From the IMG/VR virus record IMGVR_UViG_3300050330_000108, positions 1-49,415 of that record: 49,415 bases of DNA; one strand, 5' to 3'. The position numbers were made by a program, and so were the translations under genes. Below the pieces are notes generated by a model that worked only from the letters and a program-made list of their open reading frames with translations, was not told the origin of the DNA and did no database searches. Source of the stretch: a virus (lineage: Duplodnaviria > Caudoviricetes). Shown here piece after piece: positions 35,184-42,312 of the stretch (position 1 is the first letter of the stretch; every line of letters begins with the position of its first letter).

Positions 35184-35509
35184 GCCCCCGCGGGTACAAG
35201 CGGCATCGCCCGCAGCTCGGCGCGCCGAGTGCGCAGCGGATGATGCAGCAGGCGAGCCCGCAGGCAGTGGTAGTAGAACTTCGCCCAGTACTTGAAGGGC
35301 GCAGGGCGACGCAGCAGTACGTCAGCGTGCTCCTGGTCGGCTCCGACCGTAGCGTCGGCAATGTAATGGGCGATCTGCTCGCTGAGCAGTCGCTGCGCTT
35401 CCGGCAGTGAATCGGCCTGGACAGCCAGGCTGAAGTCCAGGCATAGAAGGGTCCATTGCTGATCGCGGCACTCGCCGTACACGCGCAATAGAAGCTTCTG
35501 CGCTTTCAT
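35180..35509 (-). CDS. HicB-like antitoxin (short, no evident DNA-binding tail)
   Basis: W...CLDF.LAVQADSL.EA...L.EQI..YI; ATGA overlap with hicA; AAGGA RBS. Confidence 0.75.
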   Translation of the reverse strand: MKAQKLLLRVYGECRDQQWTLLCLDFSLAVQADSLPEAQRLLSEQIAHYIADATVGADQEHADVLLRRPAPFKYWAKFYYHCLRARLLHHPLRTRRAELRAMPLVPAGA

Positions 35510-35726
35510 GGTGTTCCTTTCGCGGTCCCCTCCGTTCGGCGATGACTCTGCCGAACCCCCGCTATTTGTGAGCGATTCTCCGCTTTGCGACCGTAGGCGC
35601 TGGCTGGCATTGCCACTAAGACAGCGCCGACGGTGCACACGAACTGTGCCATAGGCTGGCGCGCCGCGTAACGGGCCTACCCCAAAGAACCTGCAAATTT
35701 TTGCAGATTGGCGTCGCACCGCGACC

Positions 35727-35796
35727 TGGATACGTGTCCACGAAAGCTCCTTTACTGCCCGGGGGCAGCCGTGGATACGTGTCCAGACGTCTGGAC
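35727..35796. repeat. Two TGGATACGTGTCCA near-palindromes plus a perfect 16-bp palindrome
   Basis: Copies at 35727-35740 and 35772-35785; GTCCAGACGTCTGGAC at 35781-35796. Confidence 0.8.
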
Positions 35797-35827
35797 GGGC
35801 TTCCCTGCGCCTACCGCTCGTCGGAAA

Positions 35828-35890
35828 GTTCAGCCGTTCTGTACCTGAGGTTCAGTTTCACTTGACCGGGATAGAATAGAAATTCTATAC
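35828..35890. promoter_or_regulatory. Three OL-like 17-bp operators (35828-35844, 35850-35866, 35874-35890)
   Basis: GTTCAG-N5-CTGTAC, GTTCAG-N5-CTTGAC, GAATAG-N5-CTATAC. Confidence 0.7.
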
Positions 35891-35891
35891 T
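35862..35891 (+). promoter_or_regulatory. PL-like sigma70 promoter
   Basis: TTGACC-N18-TATACT, same hexamers as PR. Confidence 0.8.
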
Positions 35892-35916
35892 GCGCCATCA
35901 GTTCACAGAGGCGCAG

Positions 35917-36168
35917 ATGGCAACCAAGAGCATCACGATCGAGCTGGGCGTGGAGCGGGAGACGGTCTACCGCGAGGCCGAGCTGCACTACGAGTGCGAC
36001 GAGGGCGACGCCTACAGGCTGAATCCGGCGCGCGCCAGCGTGCGGGTCACCGCGATCAGGGACGACGCCACGGGCATGGACCTGCGGCCTCTGGTGCCCG
36101 CCGCGCAGCTGCGCCGCATGGAAGCGGACCTGCTGCGCGAGATCGCGGCCGAAGGGGCGCTGGCGTGA
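35917..36168 (+). CDS. Hypothetical early protein
   Basis: First ORF after PL, GAGG RBS. Confidence 0.7.
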   Translation: MATKSITIELGVERETVYREAELHYECDEGDAYRLNPARASVRVTAIRDDATGMDLRPLVPAAQLRRMEADLLREIAAEGALA

Positions 36169-36485
36169 GCGCGGCGCACACCCCGGGCCCGTTCGCCTAC
36201 GACGGCGAGTGCCGCGTGGATGCCGTGGCGCTCCGCAAGCCGCACACCTGGACCGACGAGAAGGGCATCCAGCACACGCACATGGAGGGGATGGTGGCCA
36301 TCGTCTACGGCTGCGATCCGGGCGAGCGCGAGGGCAACGGGCACCTGTTCGCGGCGGCACCGGAGATGCTGTCGCTGCTGCAGATGGCGCAGTCCCGCGC
36401 CTTCGACGCGAGCCCCGTTGCACACGCGCAATGGCTCGCGCTGGTCGACGCCGCCATCGCCAAGGCCGAGGGGAGGACGTCGTGA
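36165..36485 (+). CDS. Hypothetical phage protein (HTPGP...N..L.AAAPE pattern)
   Basis: HTPGP, NGHLFAAAPEML, AAIAKAEG motifs. Confidence 0.75.
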   Translation: MSAAHTPGPFAYDGECRVDAVALRKPHTWTDEKGIQHTHMEGMVAIVYGCDPGEREGNGHLFAAAPEMLSLLQMAQSRAFDASPVAHAQWLALVDAAIAKAEGRTS

Positions 36486-36805
36486 GCGCGGCCGAGAAGA
36501 GCGCGATCGAACAGATCGCCGCCGAGGTCGAGCGCGCCATGCGCAAGTTCCCGACTTGGCCGACCGATCCGCTGCACGCACTCGCCGTGTTGGGCGAGGA
36601 GTTCGGTGAGCTGACGAAGGACGTGCTGCAGCTCACCTACGAGCCGCACAAGACCACGCGCGAGAACGTCCGCACCGAGGCCATTCAGACCGCCGCGATG
36701 GCGCTGCGCTTCGTCGCGAGCCTGGATGTCTACGAGTACCGCCGGGGCGAGCAGCACCCGCAAGACGGGGCCGCCGTCGGCGGCACCGGGAGGACGTCGT
36801 GAGCG
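36471..36805 (+). repeat. 18-bp direct repeat GGGAGGACGTCGTGAGCG flanking the MazG-like gene
   Basis: Exact copies at 36471-36488 and 36788-36805. Confidence 0.85.
36482..36802 (+). CDS. MazG-like nucleotide pyrophosphohydrolase
   Basis: LGEEFGEL and TEAIQTAAMALR helical motifs. Confidence 0.75.
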   Translation: MSAAEKSAIEQIAAEVERAMRKFPTWPTDPLHALAVLGEEFGELTKDVLQLTYEPHKTTRENVRTEAIQTAAMALRFVASLDVYEYRRGEQHPQDGAAVGGTGRTS

Positions 36806-37023
36806 AGCAGCAGATCACCCAACTGAAGAAGCTCGCGCGCGAGGCGGAGTTACAGGTCATCGAGTACCCGGACGGCCGCGTGCTCGTCATCGGCGGGCTG
36901 GTCAACGTGCACTGGTGGCCGGGAAGCAAGCGCATGACCTGCTACGTGGACGGCGCGCCGCGTGGGCGGCACCACTCCACCGCGCGCAACGTCATCAACC
37001 TCGCCACGAAGGGGACGCCATGA
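36799..37023 (+). CDS. Hypothetical protein
   Basis: GTGA overlap; VHWWPGSKR.T.YV. Confidence 0.7.
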   Translation: MSEQQITQLKKLAREAELQVIEYPDGRVLVIGGLVNVHWWPGSKRMTCYVDGAPRGRHHSTARNVINLATKGTP

Positions 37024-37295
37024 GCGCCCGCCTCGAATGCCTGCTCGACGCGCACCGTCGCGCCGACTGCCAGCAGCACGACGCGGAGCTGGCGCGCAGC
37101 ATGCGCACCTTCACCCGCGCCGCGCGCATGACCACCACGCCGGCCGGCATCACGATCGGCATCGCGTGGCAGCCGCCCGCGCCGCGCCCGGGCATGGACG
37201 CCGAGCGCATCCAGGCCGCGCTGCTGGAGCCGCGCACCCGCGAGCCGCTGACCGGCTGGCGGCGCGTCGTCGGCTTCCTGTGGAGCCGCGCATGA
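37020..37295 (+). CDS. Hypothetical protein
   Basis: ATGA overlap; TT..GITIG.A. Confidence 0.65.
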   Translation: MSARLECLLDAHRRADCQQHDAELARSMRTFTRAARMTTTPAGITIGIAWQPPAPRPGMDAERIQAALLEPRTREPLTGWRRVVGFLWSRA

Positions 37296-37525
37296 ACTGC
37301 TGCAACCACGCCTGCGACGAGGGCCGCGCCTGCCCTGCGCGCGCTCCGCTGTACCAAGCCGACGGCGGCCACTACTTCAACGAGGGACTGGCCTGGCCGA
37401 TCGAGGCCGACGAGCCCATCGAAACCGCCGAATCCGCACAGGACAAGGCCTACGCCGCCGGGGCCATCTCCGTCGTGCTGCTGGTCCTCTCCTTCGGTGC
37501 CGCCGTGGCCCTGTATTTCAACTGA
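37292..37525 (+). CDS. Small Cys-rich membrane protein
   Basis: MNCCNHACDEGRACPAR and C-terminal TM. Confidence 0.65.
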   Translation: MNCCNHACDEGRACPARAPLYQADGGHYFNEGLAWPIEADEPIETAESAQDKAYAAGAISVVLLVLSFGAAVALYFN

Positions 37526-37538
37526 GCAAAGGAGCATC

Positions 37539-38714
37539 GTGAACGCTTCCAACAACCTTGTGGAGTCTCCGTTCGGCGCGCCGGCCGCGCAGCCGGACAC
37601 CGCTGGCTCGCGCCAGCTGCAGCAGCGCGAGAGCGCCGAGACGCTGGCCATGGTCGCCATGGCCAAGCGCTTCCCGCGCGACGTCATCGCCAACACGGAC
37701 AAGATCCTCAACGCCTTCACCCGTCCGAGCCTCGCGGAACGCGCGCAGTACCAATTCAGCAAGGGCGGCAGCGACGTCGCGGGGCCCAGCATCCGAGCCG
37801 CCGAGGCCATCGCGCAGATGTGGGGCAATCTGTGCTTCGGCTTCAGTGAAATCTCGCGCGGCATCGGCTACGACGGCGTGCCGTTCAGCGAGGTCGAGGC
37901 CTTCTGCTGGGACCTGGAGAGCACGAACCGCCAGCCGCTGAAGTTCATCGTCCGCCACTGGCGCGACACGAAGCGCGGCGGCTACAAGATCACCGACGAG
38001 CGCGACATTTACGAGCTCGTCGCCAACCAGGCGCAGCGGCGCAAGCGCGCGTGCATCCTGGCCCTCATCCCAGGCGATGTGGTGGAAGCTGCCATGGCTC
38101 AGGCCGACGTGACCCTGCGCACCAAGGCTGACACCAGCCCGGAAGCCATGACGAAGATGGTCGACGCCTTCGCGGCGTTCGGCGTCACGAAAGAGCAGAT
38201 CGAGAAACGCATCCAGCGCAGGCTCGATGCGATCCAGCCCGCACAGGTCGTGCAGCTGAAGCGCATCTACACCAGCTTGCGCGACGAGATGAGCACGCCG
38301 GCCGACTGGTTCGACCCCGAGGGTGCAGGCGACGACGGCGCTCCGGCTGGCGGCAAGCCGTCGGTAAAGATGCCGACGGCGAAGCCGCCCCAGCAGCCCG
38401 CAGCCGCCGCCGGCATGCCCGAGCCGACGCCCGCGCCGACCCCGCCGACTGCCGCCGCGGCTGCGGACCCGGATACCGGCGAGCTGTTCCGGGTGCCGCC
38501 CGGCGCGCAGGAGGTCAAGCCCACGCGCGAGCCGGCTGGGACCGGTGTGCTGGCTACCGACGGCGAGCGCAGCCTGATCCTCAAGCGCGCGCGCACCGCC
38601 GGCGTCGAGATGGCCGCCCTCCTGGAGTCCGCCGGCGTCACCGGGCTGCCCGCCGATCTGGCCGGGCTCACCAAGGACGGGTTCATCGCGCTGAAGGACG
38701 CCCTGCCGCGATGA
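37539..38714 (+). CDS. Putative single-strand annealing recombinase
   Basis: AKRFPRD, GPSIR.AE..A..WGN, R.RACIL..IPGD; next to exonuclease; AAGGAG RBS. Confidence 0.6.
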   Translation: MNASNNLVESPFGAPAAQPDTAGSRQLQQRESAETLAMVAMAKRFPRDVIANTDKILNAFTRPSLAERAQYQFSKGGSDVAGPSIRAAEAIAQMWGNLCFGFSEISRGIGYDGVPFSEVEAFCWDLESTNRQPLKFIVRHWRDTKRGGYKITDERDIYELVANQAQRRKRACILALIPGDVVEAAMAQADVTLRTKADTSPEAMTKMVDAFAAFGVTKEQIEKRIQRRLDAIQPAQVVQLKRIYTSLRDEMSTPADWFDPEGAGDDGAPAGGKPSVKMPTAKPPQQPAAAAGMPEPTPAPTPPTAAAAADPDTGELFRVPPGAQEVKPTREPAGTGVLATDGERSLILKRARTAGVEMAALLESAGVTGLPADLAGLTKDGFIALKDALPR

Positions 38715-39355
38715 TCCAGACGCAGATCCCGGGCCTCACCTTCGACGAGGCCGAGCATCGCTACTTCTACCAGGGCGTGGAGGTGCCGGGCGTCACCAGC
38801 ATCCTCTCGCCGCTGCAGGACTTCTCGGCCGTGCCGCGCGAGGTGCTGGATGCGGCGTCGGCCTTCGGCACGGCGGTGCACAAGGCCTGCGAACTGGACG
38901 ACCTGCAGCAGCTGGACGAGGAATCGCTGGACGACGCGCTGGCGCCCTACCTCGCTGGATGGCGCCGCTTCTGCCGCGACTATGAGGCCGACTGGATCGG
39001 CATCGAGCAGCAGGTCTACCACGCGCAGCTGCGCTACGCCGGCACGCTGGACCGCCGCGGCTCGCTGCTGCTGGATCCGCGGCGCGACTTTCGGGTGCGC
39101 GCCATCGTCGACATCAAGAGCAGCGTGGAGCTCTACCCAGCCGTCGGCCCGCAGCTCGCCGCCTACCACCGCGCCGCCGACGAGGGCAACGCGCTCACGA
39201 AGCGGCTGGCGGTGCAACTCAAGCCCGACGGCCGCTACGTCGCCAAGTGGCACGACGACCCGACCGACTTCGCCGTCTTCTGCAGCCTGCTGACGCTGCG
39301 CAACTGGTGCGCCAAGCACCGGATCACCCCGAATTTCCAACAGGAGAGAGCATGA
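38711..39355 (+). CDS. PD-(D/E)xK exonuclease (Cas4-like)
   Basis: H.Y, GVT.IL, GTAVH, YAGTLD, DIKS, QLAAY motifs. Confidence 0.85.
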   Translation: MIQTQIPGLTFDEAEHRYFYQGVEVPGVTSILSPLQDFSAVPREVLDAASAFGTAVHKACELDDLQQLDEESLDDALAPYLAGWRRFCRDYEADWIGIEQQVYHAQLRYAGTLDRRGSLLLDPRRDFRVRAIVDIKSSVELYPAVGPQLAAYHRAADEGNALTKRLAVQLKPDGRYVAKWHDDPTDFAVFCSLLTLRNWCAKHRITPNFQQERA

Positions 39356-40203
39356 CCACCGACACCGAACAGGCCGCGGCGCAGACGCGCGGCACCGTGC
39401 AATACGACGCCTCGCAGGTCGTCGTCTTCGGCACGCAGGCCCGCCGCATGCTGGCCGACGCCCAGGACTACACCATCGACAGCCCCGAGCTGTACGAGGC
39501 CGCGGCCGAAGACCTGCAGCGCGTGAAGGCGCTGGCCAAGCAGGTCGAAGACACGCGGGTGAGCATCACCGGCCCGCTGCACCAGGCCAAGGTCGCCGTC
39601 GACAACCTGTTCAAGGGACCGACGCAGTTCCTGCAGCAGGCCGAGCAGACGCTCAAGCGCGCAATGCTCACCTGGAGCGAGGAGCAGGAGCGCATCCGCC
39701 GCGAGGCGGCGCGCCGGGCCGAGGAGGCGCGCCGGGCCGAGGCTGCGCGGCTGGAGGCCGAGCGCCGGCAGCGCGAAGAGGAAGCCCGCCGCGCCGACGA
39801 GGAAGCCCGCCGGCTCGCGGCCGAGGCCGAAGAGGCGAAGCGAAAAGGCGACGAGCAGGCCGCCCTGGAGCTGGAGCAGCAGGCACAGCAGCAGGCCAAC
39901 GCCGCCAGCGATGCCGCCTGCGACGCCGTGGCCCTGGGCCAGACCGCCGAGGTCATCACGATGCCGGTGGCCGCCCCCGCACCCGTGAGGGTGGCGGGCA
40001 TCAGCACCAGCAAGACGGTGGACTTCGAGGTGACGAACCTGCACGCGCTGGTGTGCCACGTCGCCCAGCACCCGGAGCTCATCTCGCTGGTCGTGGCCGA
40101 CAGCGTGAAGCTGCGCGCGCAGGTGCGCGCCACCGGCCTGAACACGAAGCTGCCGGGCGTGCGCGTCTTCGAGAAGAAGACGCTCGCCGCGCGCGCCGCC
40201 TGA
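39352..40203 (+). CDS. Coiled-coil protein of the recombination module
   Basis: Long Glu/Arg/Ala coil; C-terminal LPGVRVFE. Confidence 0.7.
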   Translation: MTTDTEQAAAQTRGTVQYDASQVVVFGTQARRMLADAQDYTIDSPELYEAAAEDLQRVKALAKQVEDTRVSITGPLHQAKVAVDNLFKGPTQFLQQAEQTLKRAMLTWSEEQERIRREAARRAEEARRAEAARLEAERRQREEEARRADEEARRLAAEAEEAKRKGDEQAALELEQQAQQQANAASDAACDAVALGQTAEVITMPVAAPAPVRVAGISTSKTVDFEVTNLHALVCHVAQHPELISLVVADSVKLRAQVRATGLNTKLPGVRVFEKKTLAARAA

Positions 40204-40227
40204 TCACCGCACCACCAGGAGCTCACC

Positions 40228-40536
40228 ATGGAGAAACGCAAGTTCCCCGAGCCGGCCGCGTACAGCGGCAAGCCGCGGCCGCCAATCGCCCTCACCGCCG
40301 TCAACTCCTCGCAGGTGCGCGCGATCGGCTACGACCCGGCGACGAAGACGCTGGCCGTGCAGTTCACGCGCGGCGCCGGTGCCGTGTACCACTACCCGAA
40401 CGTGGAGCCCGAGACGCACGCGGCCTTCGTCGGCGCCGAGTCCATCGGCACCTTCTTCGGCAAGCACATCAAGCCGCTGGCGTTCGAGAAGTTCGCGCCG
40501 GAGCAGGCCAGCGCCGAGGAGAAGGTGACGCAATGA
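40228..40536 (+). CDS. KTSC-domain protein
   Basis: V.SS....IGYD....TL.V.F, Y.Y..V, A.SIG.FF..HIK. Confidence 0.88.
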   Translation: MEKRKFPEPAAYSGKPRPPIALTAVNSSQVRAIGYDPATKTLAVQFTRGAGAVYHYPNVEPETHAAFVGAESIGTFFGKHIKPLAFEKFAPEQASAEEKVTQ

Positions 40537-41210
40537 GCGCCCTGCGCATCGACTTCACCCCGAAGTACCTGCCGATCCTGGACGTGTTCAGGGCCCGGCA
40601 GGACATCCGCTACTACCTGTGCGGCGTGTACGTGGAGAAGGCGCCGCAAGGCGGCGTGTACCTCATCGGGTGCGACGGTCACACCATGGCCATCGTGTAC
40701 GACAAGCACGGCGTCATCGAGGGTGCCGACAGCGCGATCTTCACCGTCGACCCGGGTCTGGTCGCCGCCGCCAAGCAGGCCGAAGCGAAGAAGTCCAAGA
40801 AGCTGCCCTACGCCGTCATGGTTCGCGGACAGCGTGCGATGGTGGCGGTTCCCGACGCGGACGATCTGGAGCTGTTCATCCAGCCCGGACGCTGCCTGAT
40901 CGAGGGAGCGTTCCCGAAGTGGCGCACCGTGCTGCCCGACTTCGACAAGCTGAAGCCGGGTGCTGCCCTCGGGCAGAACGGTGTGAACGCGACCTACATG
41001 GCGCGGTTCAGCAAGGTCATCACCGACAAGCGCCACCAGGGCATGTCCTTCTGGCAGGAGAACTCGGAGAAGCCGCTCGTCGTGCAGATCGACTCCCTCC
41101 CCGAGGCCGTGTTCATCGTGATGCCAATGCGCGGCGACATGCGGGAGCTGCAGTTCAAGCACTTCCTGCCGCCCAAGGAAGAACCCGTCGCCCTCGCGGA
41201 GGCAGCATGA
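40533..41210 (+). CDS. DNA polymerase III beta-clamp-like protein (two domains)
   Basis: DIRYYLCGV, CDGH, IEGAFPKWRTVLP, N..Y, IVMPMR mirror DnaN central and C-terminal motifs. Confidence 0.78.
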   Translation: MSALRIDFTPKYLPILDVFRARQDIRYYLCGVYVEKAPQGGVYLIGCDGHTMAIVYDKHGVIEGADSAIFTVDPGLVAAAKQAEAKKSKKLPYAVMVRGQRAMVAVPDADDLELFIQPGRCLIEGAFPKWRTVLPDFDKLKPGAALGQNGVNATYMARFSKVITDKRHQGMSFWQENSEKPLVVQIDSLPEAVFIVMPMRGDMRELQFKHFLPPKEEPVALAEAA

Positions 41211-41398
41211 CCGAGAAACCCTCCCGCAAACACCTTCGCGGCTTCGGCTCCATGGACCCTCAGCGCCAGCGCGAGATCGCCAGCATGGGCGGCAAGACCG
41301 CCCACCGCGAAGGCCGGGCGCATAAGTTCACCAGCGAGGAGGCGAAGGCCGCCGGCCGGCTGGGCGGCCTGGCGCGGCGGAAGAAGGTGGCCGGCTGA
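41207..41398 (+). CDS. KGG-repeat stress-induced protein
   Basis: RGFGSMDP..QREIASMGG, H.FTSEEA..AGR.GG. Confidence 0.85.
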   Translation: MTEKPSRKHLRGFGSMDPQRQREIASMGGKTAHREGRAHKFTSEEAKAAGRLGGLARRKKVAG

Positions 41399-42312
41399 TG
41401 CGCGCGATCGACCTCTTCGCCGGCGCCGGCGGGTTCAGCACCGGAGCCACTATGGCCGGCTGCCGTGTCGTGTGGGCCGCGAACCACTGGCCGGCAGCCG
41501 TGCAGGTCCACGCGAACAACCACCCGGACACCCTGCACGTCTGCCAGGACCTGCAGCAGGCCGACTGGACCGCGGTGCCGGCGCACGACCTCTTGCTGGC
41601 CTCGCCGGCATGCCAGGGCCACAGCCGGGCCCGTGGCAAGGAGCGGCCGCACCATGACGCGCAACGCTCCACCGCGTGGGCCGTGGTCAGCGCCGCCGAG
41701 TGCCACCGGCCGGCGGCCGTCGTGGTGGAGAACGTGCCGGAGTACGCCGAATGGCTGCTGTTTCCGGCGTGGTGCGCAGCGATGCACGCCCTCGGCTACG
41801 CGCTGGCGCCGATGGTGCTGGATGCCGCAGATCACGGCGTGCCACAGCACCGCCGGCGGCTGTTCATCGTCGGCACGCGATCGAAGCACCCCATCGAACT
41901 GAAGCTGCCGCAGCGTGAGCACGCGCCCGCGGCGGACGTCATCGACTTCAGCTCCGGCAGCTGGTCGCCGGTGCGTCGCCCGGGCCGCTCGCTGGCCACG
42001 CTGAAGCGCATCGAGAATGGTCGCCGCCGGTTCGGTCCGCGCTTCGTGGCGCCGTACTACGGCAGCGGGAGCGGCGAGACCGGCCGCAGCCTGGACCGGC
42101 CGCTGGGCACCGTCACGACGCGCGACCGCTGGGCCGTGATCGACGGCGACCGCATGCGCATGCTGAGTGCGCAGGAAGCGCGCAGCGCCATGGGGTTCCC
42201 CGAGGGCTACCAGCTCCCGGCCGCCCACAAGGAAGCGATACACATGCTGGGCAACGCCGTCTGCCCGCCGGTGGCCTGCGACGTGATCAACGCGATCCGG
42301 GAGGCTGCGTGA
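41398..42312 (+). CDS. C5-cytosine DNA methyltransferase
   Basis: DLFAGAGG, SPACQG, ENV, PQHRRRLF, LGNAV motifs. Confidence 0.93.
   Translation: MRAIDLFAGAGGFSTGATMAGCRVVWAANHWPAAVQVHANNHPDTLHVCQDLQQADWTAVPAHDLLLASPACQGHSRARGKERPHHDAQRSTAWAVVSAAECHRPAAVVVENVPEYAEWLLFPAWCAAMHALGYALAPMVLDAADHGVPQHRRRLFIVGTRSKHPIELKLPQREHAPAADVIDFSSGSWSPVRRPGRSLATLKRIENGRRRFGPRFVAPYYGSGSGETGRSLDRPLGTVTTRDRWAVIDGDRMRMLSAQEARSAMGFPEGYQLPAAHKEAIHMLGNAVCPPVACDVINAIREAA

Noticed and set aside
300-35702. CCTGCAAATTTTT at 300-312 and 35690-35702
   Set aside because: Only two 13-bp copies; not distinguishable from chance and not positioned as att sites
35520-35830. tRNA gene in the structured intergenic region
   Set aside because: No cloverleaf with a TTCRA T-loop and acceptor stem could be built
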